The position numbers and the translations under genes are program-made. A stretch of DNA of 64,000 nucleotides from Callorhinchus milii (taxonomy: Eukaryota), in assembly GCF_018977255.1 (NCBI RefSeq), contig NW_024704742.1, positions 61,196,001 through 61,260,000 on the forward strand, in the 5' to 3' direction. Position 1 is the first letter of the stretch. The number at the start of each line of letters is the position of its first letter. The notes under the pieces were generated by a model. The model did no database searches and was not told the origin of the DNA. It saw nothing but the letters and a program-made list of their open reading frames with translations. Positions 53,480 to 64,000 of the stretch are shown here, piece by piece.

Positions 53480-56186
53480 TTTACGGCTCCCTAAAACCTC
53501 TCCCATCTTCATCTCCGATATTTCGACACTTCTTACATCTCTCTGCCTCTGCTCTGATCACCTCATCATCCTGGGCGACTTCAACCTGCACTTCACCTCC
53601 TCCTGCTCCATCTCCTCAGACTTCTCTTCCCTGCTCTCCTCGCTCAACCTCTCCCTCCACATCAACTCCCCCACTCACAGTCACGGCCACCCACTCGACT
53701 TGGTGATCACCCGGGGCCTCAGTGTCTCGGATGTCACTATCACCGACAAGGCCGTCTCCGACCACCACTTCATCTCCTTCACCACCTCCACCCCCCTCCC
53801 CACCTCCACCAGACCCACCACCATCTTCTACCGCCCTGGAAGAAGTTACCCCCACAATCCCTAACCGCTGCCTTGGAGTCCTCTGAACTCCTCTCCCTCT
53901 GGCCTTCAACCCTCACTGACCCCTCTTCTCCTCTCACCCTCCTCCACAACACCCTCTCCTCCACACTCGATACTCTTGCCCCCATCACCTCCCGTACTGT
54001 CTCCTACTCTCGCTCCTCCCCCTGGTTCACCACCCACCTCCGCTCACTGAAGAGCCAGGTGCGGGCCGCTGGACGCAACTGGTCAAATCTGGCCTAACGG
54101 TCCACCGACAAATCTGGCTGGACCTCCTCAAAATCTACCGCTCCACTCTAGCCTCGGCCAAGTCGTCCTTCTACTCCAGGATAATCCTGGAGGCGAAGAA
54201 CAACCCCAGGCTACTGTTTTCTACCACAACCCGACTCCTCCGTCCCCCCGCCACCCCGCGCAGGTCATCTCCTCCAACCTTCACTGCGAGGAGATGCTGG
54301 ATTTCCTTGAATCCAAAATCAAGGGAATTCGCTCCGCGGTCACTTCCCCTCCAACATCCACCCAACCCCCACCCCCTCCCTCCCACACTCCGACTCCTAC
54401 CCATCCTCCCCTACACACGTTCGTACCCGTTTCCCCACCCTCTGTCACCAAACTCATCCTATCCCTGAAACCCACCACCTGCTCCCTTGACCCCATCCCC
54501 ACTCCACTCCTTATCTCCCAGCTCCACCTCCTTGCCCCACATATCACAGACATCGTCAACCTGTCCCTCTCCTCTGGCTCTGTTCCCATTCCCTTAAAAA
54601 CTGCCACCATCACTCCCACCTTGAAAAAACCCTCCCTTGATGCGTCGCAGCTATCAAGCTACCGGCCCATCTCCAACCTCCCCTTCCTGTCCAAGGTCCT
54701 GGAAAGAGTTGTCGCCTCCCAGCTGCGCTCTTTCCTCTCCACCCATTCATTATTCGAACCCCTTCAGTCGGGTTTCCGTGCTGCCCATAGCACAGAAACT
54801 GCCCTGGTCAAGGTCACCAATGACATCCTGACCATCTGTGACCAGGGCTCCCTCTGCCTCCTCGTCCTCCTCGACCTATCGGCAGCATTCGATACGGTCG
54901 ACCACGCTATCCTACTCCACCGCTTGTCCTCCCACCTCAACCTTCAAGGCACTGTCCTTGAGTGGTTTAGGTCGTACCTCTCCCACCGTCTTCACTTTGT
55001 TTCCACGAATGGCTTTTCCTCCACCCCCGCACTGTCTCGTGCGGTGTCCCTCAGGGCTCTGTCCTCGGTCCCCTCCTCTTCACCCTCTATATGCTCCCCC
55101 TTGGTGACATCATCCGCAGACATGGGGTTAACTTCCACATGTATGCGGATGACACCCAACTCTACCTTTCCTCCTCTACCCTCAACTCCACGACCACCGA
55201 TGTCCTGACAGCTGCCTGTCCGACATCGAGTCCTGGACGAGAGACAACTTTCTTCAGCTCAACGTGCGCAAAACTGAGGCCCTCCTGATTGGCTCACGTC
55301 AGCGCCTCCGCACCTCAGGCGCTGACAGCATCAGCATCCAAGGCTGCACTCTCCACCTCTCAAAGCCAGTCAGGAACCTCGGGGTTCTGTTCGACCCTGA
55401 GCTGTCCTTTCTCCCTCATATCCGCGCCACAACTGGCACCGCCTTCCATCACCTCCGGAATGTCGCCAGACTACGGCACTACCTCACCCCTCACGCTGCT
55501 GAAACTCTGGTCCACGCCTTTGTCACCTCAAGGCTGGACTATGGGAACTCTCTCCTCGCCGGCCTTCCCGCACCTCCCTCCACAAGCTGCAGGTCATTCA
55601 GAACTCTGCAGCTCGTGTACTGTCCCGCACCAGGCTTCGGGACCACATCACTCCCACCCTCGCTCGCCTCCACTGGCTCCCCATCCCCCAGAGGATCGAA
55701 TTCAAGATCCTCATCCTCACCTACAAGGCCATTCACGGCCTTGCTCCCTCCTACCTCTCCGACCTACTATCCCCCTACCTACCTGTCCGTACCCTCCGTT
55801 CCTCTGGCTCCGGTCTGCTCCACATCCCCCGCCCCAACTGCCCTACTATCGGTGGTCGGGCCTTCAGCCTCTCAGCCCCAAGGCTCTGGAACTCTATCCC
55901 CCAGTGCCTTCGCCGCTTCCTCCCTTTCCTCCTTCAAGGCCGGTCTCAAAACCTTTCTCTTTGACCGTGCCTTCAGCTCCCCTCTCGACTATCTTCCCCC
56001 TCCTCGCTCCCTCCCTTCCCTCCCCTCACCCTGACCATTTCCCCCCTCCTCGCTCCCTCCCTTCCCTCCCCTCACCCTGACCATTTCCCCCCTACTCGGG
56101 CCCTGACCCAACTGTACAGCGCCTTGGGACATTCTCCCGACGTGAAAGGCGCTCTATAAATGGAATCTTGTTGTTGTTGTTGTTGT
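53480..56186 (+). mobile_element. L2-clade LINE, 5'-truncated and relatively young, in GPM6A intron 6
   Basis: IILGDFNLH and SDHH (APE); 304-aa ORF with [29 protein letters not shown] and [23 protein letters not shown] (RT catalytic motif); VTSRLDYGNSLLAGLP. Several frameshifts, many CpGs retained, (TTG)n tail. Confidence 0.95.
55995..56086 (+). repeat. 46-bp tandem duplication in the L2 3' UTR
   Basis: cccccctcctcgctccctcccttccctcccctcaccctgaccattt twice with one mismatch. Confidence 0.9.
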
Positions 56187-56664
56187 AATACAATATTGTT
56201 CTCTTCACTCTTTCACTCTTTCTTCTCAGTCTGCCACACATTCTGCTTTTCCCTCTCTTTCTGACATGTTTTTGTTTCTGAGACACTCACTCTTTATCTC
56301 TCTCAGTCTCTTTGACTTAATTTCTTTCTGCTTATAAAAGTAGTCTGCAAGTCTTAACTTCGCTTGCCTTTAAACTATTGAGGGGTGGGGGATAGTCTGT
56401 TCTGTGCATGTACAAAGTTGCACAGTGGTTACCAAGAACACCTTTCAAAGCAGCTAGATTGTATCCTTAATTGTGTTAGCATATGCAACTTTCTTTCTTT
56501 GCTGGTATCACAGCCCTCATCCACTTCTACTTTGGAGCCTGATGTGGATAATGGACATGGAGTTAATTGTCATGTAAATAACCAGCATTCTACTATGCAA
56601 ACTGGAAAGATAAAGTAAACAAAGAGGGACTGATGGTTCAGGGTTGGGAATGACACCAGTTCCA

Positions 56665-57070
56665 GCCAGGCTCCACTGGCTTGCTATTACCAAATGGATC
56701 GATTTCAAGACCTTCACACCTTATTTTCAAATCCCTTCATGCCGTGGTATCTTCTTACCTCTGCGACCTGCTTACCCCCAACCCATTACCCACTGCCTCC
56801 AATCAACTGGCTCCATGCTTCTGCTTGTTCCTTGTACCCTCTGTTCCACCATCAGTGGCTGCACTTGCAGCCACTGTGCCCCCAAAACACTTCCTTTATG
56901 CCCCCATCTTCCCCCTGCTTTCTCCATCTTCAGGTCGCGCCTGAACATCTTCCTGTTCGACCATGCTTATGGTCACCTCCCCCTGGCTCGGCGTTGTGCT
57001 CCGCCACTGTCAAGCGCTCTTGGACACTACCCTGCGTGAGGGGCGCTATATAAATGCAAGTTGTTGTTGG
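56665..57070 (+). mobile_element. Older L2 3' fragment
   Basis: LHWL..IDFK remnant and tail aagcgctcttggac...gcgctatataaatgcaagttgttgttg. Confidence 0.85.
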
Positions 57071-57338
57071 GAAGGGTAAACCTAGGACAAACACTGGAAA
57101 TGTTTATTCAGACTGCAAGCAATTACCATCAGAAAGAGATTACGGACGAAAAGATAGTTGAGCCTAAGTCTTCGAAAGTTGAAGTTAAAGTAGACAAGAC
57201 CATATAGAGGAACATTGCACGCAAGCATAAGGAGATAATGTAAATGTTTTTAAAAATGTTTTGGTGCAGATGAAGTTTGTATTCTGTTTTTGGGAATCCA
57301 TTATAGAAAGGAAATCACATCAACAGAGAAGCATGTGG

Positions 57339-57426
57339 TTTACACAATATTGTAGAGAGAGTCAAGTATCCACACTACCTGGGATTGACCCCTTTGCAGT
57401 TGAACAAAGAGTGCAGGTTGTTGCAC
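57339..57426 (+). repeat. 88-bp direct repeat, copy 2
   Basis: 85/88 identical to 53333-53420. Confidence 0.93.
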
Positions 57427-58606
57427 TCCAGAATTATACCAGGGATGAGAGGTTCTACAGTAGTTATATGGAAGAATTGAGGGAAATGGCACTGTTTTTT
57501 GTTAGAGCAGATAAGGTTTAAGAAGACGTAAATCTAGTGGAAGTTTTCAAATTATGAATGGTTTTGTACTATTTTGGGAATCCCATTATAGAAAATACAT
57601 TGCATTCACCAAGGATGTACAGGCCCCAAAGCAACCATTGTGGTCAATATCTGCTCACTCCTAAAGGGAACAAACATTGACACAGCAATGCCTTGTGCTT
57701 CCTTGGTAGTGATTAGTTTCTATTACATTACCTCTGTTTTGTCTCTTTCTCCCTCTATATAGTACCTTTCTCCAAACTCATCGATGCATTTTTTTCAACA
57801 GCCCAACTACCTGATCTAATCAGATTCCGTCTTTGTATCACTGGTTATTTATATCTTCCCCCAGTTTGGAATCATGATGAAATGTAGACCTTTGGTCCCA
57901 GTACCAAATAATTTATGTACTGTGTAAATGTCCATATAAGACACTGGAAAGATCAGTTCATTCTTTACTGTTATTTCTCACAAAAGCCCACAAAGAAAAA
58001 TTTTAGAATGTTCCATTACATGCACACTGTAATTTCAATTTATACTTGCACTAAAATGGGTGATTAACAACACTGGTGAAATCCTTGTATCTATTCACTA
58101 TTGTACATCTTGGTCTGTTTCTAACATCTCAGCTTCCTTGCTGCTATTACATTGCTAATGCATTTGTAAACCATCCCACCGCCACCCCTGTATTCATCTA
58201 ACAATAATTTGCATTGTTTTGTTTCTTTTTCCATCTTGCACCACTTTTCCTGGGTTGAGCAATGTCCAGGAAACTTGTACAAGTTCTCTGTCAGTAAAGA
58301 TCTCCTGATTGGCCTGTGGGTAGCATAGATCTTGCTGCTGATTTTTCCATGCCTTCACATTGTGCCTTCCAGTAATGGGGAAGTTACGGCAGGTGGCAAA
58401 GAGAGCCACAGGCATAAACCATGATTTTCTATCATGCAACATTACACATTGCAGCACCCACATGCCACAAGACAAGTATTATTTTGAGTAGTAATCCCCC
58501 TCTCCAAACCCTGTCTTGTATGGATCCTCTGCAATATTAAATACCTGTGTCTGCTGCTAAGCTTGCTTTTTACTAATACCCCCCACCCTGTATTTTGTCT
58601 TTGCAG

Positions 58607-58759
58607 GTTCACTACCTAATGGTGCTGTCTGCCAACTGGGCTTATGTGAAAGATGCATGCAGAATGCAAAAGTACGAAGATATCAAATCAAAGGAGGAGC
58701 AGGAGCTGCATGACATCCACTCCACTCGCTCAAAAGAGCGGTTAAATGCATATACATAA
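58607..58759 (+). CDS. GPM6A: GPM6A canonical terminal coding exon 7 (153 bp including TAA)
   Basis: Branch-like tactaat at 58571, acceptor ttgtctttgcAG|GTT (phase 0). Translates VHYLMVLSANWAYVKDACRMQKYEDIKSKEEQELHDIHSTRSKERLNAYT*, the M6a C-terminus. Read by hand. Confidence 0.97.
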   Translation, partial: VHYLMVLSANWAYVKDACRMQKYEDIKSKEEQELHDIHSTRSKERLNAYT

Positions 58760-60590
58760 GTCCCCCATTCCTCACTAACACCAGTTACTGCTTCGTGTTT
58801 GACTAAGCTAACAACTGACTTATGACCCTGGTTACCAGTTCAGTAAGTTCTCGCTCAACTTAAAACTTCATCTAAACAAACGGAAAAAAGGTGGGAGCCT
58901 CGTCATTAGTAAAGTTGTACCCCTTTCCCTCCCCTCCACTTCAGCAATTTCACACAGTTTTTTTTCTATCACCTTTGTAAACCTTTTCCTATGAATTTTA
59001 AACACTTTTATATTTGTAATTTTTTTTNGAAAATAGCACTCTTTCTTCCAAGTCATTTTTACTGATACGATTTACAAAAACTGAAATGGTAAAGGGATTG
59101 TGCATCATGAACAGCACTATTTCACTCATTAATTAACCGTTTTGAACATGTTTTGAACAGATGTTCAGAAGTGCAAGGAGGTCCTTGGGACCATGCCTGA
59201 CCGATCAAGTTAATTCCTGGTTTTGATGATTGAGAACATCCTTTTTTTGTTAAGAAAAAAAAGAACGAACTCCATACCTTGAATTTTTATAATTGTAGGA
59301 GAATGTTTTGTGATACTATCGATCTCAATACGTTTCGCACTGAATGACAAGTATTCACACAGCAAATAAGCTTTCTGCTTCACAATAGCTGCAAATAATG
59401 GTGCGTATCGCAGGAGCTTACTGGCACAGGAAATAAACTCACAATTCAACTTACTCAGATTTTTAGACTCTTGTATTTAAACTTTCACATATTTGGAGAA
59501 TTTTATTTCCATCCCTTTGCAACAAGGGAAAAAATGCTTTAACTTTTAATCATTCCAGCACAAATCCTTAACCGTGAACAGTTCAATCAAATAATAACTG
59601 GGTTCTTTGCCAAGTGGAAAATAGTCAAACACGTGTCTCAAACTACATAGTCTCTGACATTACACACACAAAAACAAACTTCATTGTGAGCTTCATGATT
59701 TGGCTGTAAATGACAAAAGTTGATTCAATATTTAGAGAGAGAGAGTTTCGATAAATCTTCCAGTAAAAGGTGTCATGTAAAATCATCAAGAACAATCCAT
59801 TAATACTGGACCAAAATGGGTGTGTTGAATTTCCTCTGTCTTGCCTATTGATACTGCTGTATGTTCGCAGTATGGTGTGTCCCTAAACCCTATAGCCTGA
59901 ACAAGATCTTCATCAGTGTTTTTGGAAGTAAAATCCTAGTTTTGTCCACTTCTTGGACCATTGTGGACTATTGTGAGATGTTTCTTGGTGTAAGTGCATT
60001 TCTAATGAAGTTAAAAGAATTGAAATTCTGCTTTATACCGTAATAGTCATGCAACATTAGTAATTTTTAAGCGTTTTCTGTATTAGATAAGAACTTTGAC
60101 TGTAGTTGTTATTTGTGGCATGGTTATACATTAGATATGAAGATAGTTTTTCCCAGAGTTGACAGCAAGTTTTTTTTACACACTAGACTGTCTTACTGTA
60201 TCAACCGTTGTGTGCAGTATTATGGTTCTTATGCTACCAGTATTATGCTGCAACTCTAATGTAGTGTTTTGATTTTTTGTGTGATGTTAGGTTGTGTGGA
60301 TTTAATCCATGTCTTTTGATTCATATATGATGTCGTACTCAGTAATAACTTGATGCTCTTGGCTTTCTGGTACTAGTCTTTGTATTTTCACAAAGAATGC
60401 TTTGTAGCAGGCTGTATAATTAATCTGTTTTTGTACATGAATGTGCCAACAGCTTGATGGTGGCTTTTTTTGGATTGTAGGAAGAAAATGCTTGCAAGAA
60501 ATTAATAAAGATAAATTTGTGTACTTGTTATTCCTTCGTGCAGATTTTCCATATTTCCCAATAAACTGGATGAATCGATGGTGAGTCTTG
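58760..60590 (+). other. GPM6A: GPM6A distal 3' UTR (end approximate)
   Basis: AT-rich stretch with no recognisable repeats after the stop codon, ending near AATAAA hexamers at 60504 and 60560; repeats resume shortly afterwards. Confidence 0.7.
60560..60565 (+). terminator. Candidate distal polyadenylation signal
   Basis: AATAAA followed by GT-rich sequence (ggtgagtcttggtg); an alternative AATAAA lies at 60504-60509. Confidence 0.55.
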
Positions 60591-60889
60591 GTGAGACTTA
60601 ACATACGTGAGACTTTAAAATGCTTCTTCATTTCAATCACCAGGGAGATGGATTCAAGCCTAGGGGTGATAGTAAAGGTTAAAGGTTAGAACTGAAATTA
60701 GAAGACATGGTTGAAAAGCACTGTCCCAGAATGTTGTGGGTCAGAATTGATGCTTAGAGACAGAAGGGTACATACATGCATACATGATAAGGTACAGAAA
60801 TAGGATAAAAAGATCTACCATGATATATAATAAAGTCGAGGAGAAGACTTGATGGACTGAATGCCCAACCTTGTTGGTACATTATACTC

Positions 60890-61555
60890 TCCACATCCAT
60901 GCCATGACCCGATCTGCCTTCCCCCACCTCAGTAGCATTGTCCGGTTTTGTCACTACCTTGCCCCTCATGCCAAAACCCTTATTCACAGATCCATTACAT
61001 CCAGGGTCGACTGCTAACTCCCTGATTGTCGACCTTGCCAACTCTTTCCTCCACAAGCTGCAGATCATCCAGAACTCTGCAGCTCGTGTCCTCTCCTGCA
61101 CCAGGCTCTGTGACCCTGTCAACCCCACCCTGGCCTGGCTCTTCATCCCCCAGAGGATAGCATTAAAAATCTTCGTCCTTGCCTTCAAGGCCCTCCACGG
61201 CCTTGCTCCTCCTGACTTATGTGACCTGCTAACGCCATATTAACCTGTCCCTCTGCTCAGCAGGCTCTGGCCTGCCCCATGTCCCCCACCTGACCCACCC
61301 CACCATCGGTCTTCAGCTTCTCTGCCCCCACCCTCTAGAACTCCATCCCACAGACCCTTCATCTTGCACCCTCCCTTGCCTCCTTCAAGACCTTCCTCTT
61401 CGACCATGCCTTCGGTCACCCTTCCCCTAGCCTCTCTGACCTCCATTTTTTCTGAACCCAAACCCCTGCTTGGGTCCAAATCCCTGACTGTCCAGCGTCT
61501 TGGGACATTTTACCCACATAAATGGTGCTATACAAATGTAATTTCTTATTGTTGT
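60890..61555 (+). mobile_element. L2 LINE 3' fragment
   Basis: LHKLQIIQNSAARVL..KIFVLAFKALHGLAP followed by tail cagcgtcttgggac...tgctatacaaatgtaatt. Confidence 0.88.
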
Positions 61556-61639
61556 TTGTATTTATTTTCGTGGGTTAGAATTAATATTATAGACTGTCTA
61601 GCAAGCTTTCCTGCTGCGTGTCCAGCTAGAACCAACCTA

Positions 61640-63420
61640 CAACAAAACAATTACATTTGTATAACGCCTTCCACGTTGGGAGGATGTCCTATGGCGCTGG
61701 ACAGACAGAGTTATGGACCCGAGCTGGGGATCGGGGAGGGTGGAGGGCAGGGTGGGAAGCAGAGAGATTGAAAGCAAGGTCGAAGAGGAGGTCTTGAGAT
61801 GGGTCTTGAAAGTGGCAACGCAGGGAGCGAGTCAGATGGACTGTGGGATGGAGTTCCAGGGGGTGGGGGCAGAGTGGCAGAAGGCCCACACACCAAAAGT
61901 GGGGCGAACGAGGCGGGAGACGTGAAGCAGACCGGAACCCACTTAGCGGAGGGAGCTAGCAGGATATTAGGGGTTTAGGAGGTCACGGAGGTAGGGGCGA
62001 GCAAGACCGTGGAGGGCTTTGAAGGTGAGGACCTTGGAACTGTATCCTCTGTGGAAGCCAGTGGAGTTGGGCGAGGATGGGGTGATAGGATCATGGAGTC
62101 TAGTACGGGAGAGAAGGCGAGCTGCAGAGTTCTGGATGATCTGCTGCCTATTGAGGGAGGAGTTGGGGAGGCTGACAAGCAGTGAGTCTGCATAGTCGAG
62201 GCTCGATGTAATGTAAGCTTGTATGAGGGTTCTGGCGGCCTGCGGTGTGAGACAGTGGCGGAGCTGGACAATGTTGTGGAGGTGGGGGAAGCAAGATCAT
62301 GTCATGGCGCAGATGTGCGGTAGAAAGGATAGTTGAGGGTCAAACAAGACCCCAAGGTTCTGGACTGGCTTAGTGAGGTGGAGTGTGTATCCGTGGATGG
62401 TAATGCTGTCAGCGCCTGGGGTGAGGAGGCGCTGATGGGAACCAATCAGGAGAGCCTCGGTCTTATTGATGTTCAACTGTAGAAAGTTAGCTCTCATCCA
62501 GGACTTGATGTCTGACAGACACTCTGTCAGGACAGCAGTGGTCCTGGAGTCAAGGGTGGAGGCAGAGAGGTAGAGTTGGGTGTCATCCACATACATGTGG
62601 AAGTTGACCCTATGTCTGCAGATGATGTCACCAAGAGGGAGCATATGGATATTGAGGAGGAGGCGACCATGGACAGAGCCCTGAGGAACTCCACACGAGA
62701 TGTTGCGGGGGCTAGAAGCCATTTGTGGAAATGAAGTGCAAGGGGTGTGAGAGATACGATCTGAACCAGTCAAGGCCAGAGCCATGAAGGTTGAGGTGAG
62801 AGGAGAGGTGGTTGATAAGGATAGAGTGGTCTACGGTGTTGAAAGCAGCAGAGAGGATGAGGAGGCAGAGGGAGCCCTTGTCACAGATGAACAGAATATA
62901 ATTTGTCACTTTGACCAAGGCTGTTTCTGTGCTGTGGGTGCCATTGGAAACCTGATGGTAAGGGTTCATGAAGGGAGTGGCGGGAGAGGAAGGAGCGAAA
63001 CTGAGAAGTAACAACTCATTCCAGGACCTTGGAGAGGAACGGGAGGTTGGAGATGGGCAGTAGTTTGGGAGTAGAGATGGGTCCAGGGAGGGTTTTTTAA
63101 GAACAGGAGTGATAACAGTGTTTTTTAATGGGGTGGGAACAATACCAGGGGACAGGGAGAGGTTTTTGATGTCAGTGAGCAGAGGGGAAAGGAAGTGGAG
63201 CTGGGAGGTAAGGAGAGGGTTAGGGATGGGGTCGAGGGAGCAGGTGGTCTGTTTCATGTGGGCTATGGTGGTGATGAGAGAGGAGGGAGAGACAGATTTG
63301 AAGGTGTGGAGGGAGGGATGGGTAGGGGCCAGGGTGGGAGTGGGTGATGGGGAGGGGGTAGCAGATGGAAGCACAGAGGCAGCTGAGTGGATTCCCTCGA
63401 CTTTGGATTCAACCCTATCC
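61640..63420 (-). mobile_element. L2 LINE, 5'-truncated, decayed
   Basis: Minus-strand [25 protein letters not shown] and HSTETALVKVTN; L2 tail at about 61640-61700. Confidence 0.92.
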
Positions 63421-64000
63421 ATTCAGGCTTTAGCTTGCAGGATTAACAGGAACTAAGTGGGAAAAATCACTGCCACAAGTGACTGGTCTGCCCCTGCACG
63501 TCCTGCTGATGAGCCAGTCTGGCTGGGGTGTCATCAGCAGTGGTCTGGAGTAATGTGACTCAGGAACTGGAATACCAAGACCGCCACAGCAGGTTGACTC
63601 GATTCCGACATTTCATTGCCAAACAAGTCACTTTGGAGCCAGTGCAACTCCCAGGAGACCCCGCTCACCTCCCCTCAAGCAGTGCAGTCACTATTAATAT
63701 TTTTGAAGTAAAATCATTTTCAGGGAATGAGCTGAAAATTTTACGGATGATGTCCGCCCACAGAGATCAGAGTTTCTCTGGCCTGGACAGCACTCTAAAG
63801 GCTAATGACCCATTGAGCCACTGGAAAAGCTATCCTTTCAAATATTCTCACTTGTCACATTTCTCTGTGTTCCTGCTAATCATGCTCAGCTCGCAATGAG
63901 GAATCCAGTCACCAGCCTGCAGGTTACCTCTGGTCAGAACAATGCATTGTAAATAAGTAGAAATGAAATGGTGGATATTATAAGTTACAGCAGATAACCC

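Noticed and set aside
54294..56080. Long ORFs of 304, 256 and 263 aa as host genes or an intact RT
   Set aside because: They are frameshifted pieces and alternative frames of one L2 ORF2.
41315..58659. TGCATG (RBFOX) hexamers at 41315, 41544, 45216, 48084, 49409, 51745, 56405 and 58654
   Set aside because: The count is near chance for a hexamer over 17 kb; no regulatory claim is possible without conservation data.
58774..58812. ACTAAC (QKI core) just after the stop codon
   Set aside because: The downstream TAAC half-site is about 30 nt away, beyond the usual spacing; weak evidence.
59028..59028. N base in the 3' UTR
   Set aside because: Assembly ambiguity at the end of a T run, not biology.
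1..64000. Prokaryotic systems (CRISPR arrays, operons, retrons)
   Set aside because: The sequence is vertebrate with spliceosomal introns; no repeat-spacer array was seen and all RT motifs belong to LINEs.

Overview
Eukaryotic (vertebrate) genomic DNA, most likely from a cartilaginous fish, possibly a chimaera; this is inferred from its tRNA-derived Deu-domain SINEs, abundant L2 LINEs and CR1 remnants. The window holds most of one + strand gene, GPM6A (neuronal membrane glycoprotein M6-a, proteolipid/DM20 family). Coding exons 2-7 lie at 39015-39207, 41373-41529, 44913-45066, 46484-46560, 47812-47877 and 58607-58759. All have canonical AG/GT sites and compatible phases, followed by a 3' UTR of about 1.8 kb. 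Coding exon 1 was not identified, so 1-39014 is probably a long first intron filled with repeats. Nearly all ORFs in the supplied track are repeat-derived or noise. The main find is a hidden in-frame alternative terminal exon in intron 6 (50424-50504, AACLMTLTYNIAAKKVISRQNYCTKL*), absent from the ORF track in that frame, with its own branch point, acceptor and AATAAA. It resembles the short PLP/DM20- and GPM6B-type C-terminus, so this GPM6A may keep an ancestral dual-tail switch. Other observations: a SINE/L2 partner pair sharing a 3' tail, a triple-nested SINE cluster with a long hairpin, an 88-bp templated duplication across 4 kb, an unclassified four-copy repeat, and miRNA seed sites confined to the distal 3' UTR. 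Homology calls are from recalled sequences; no searches were run.
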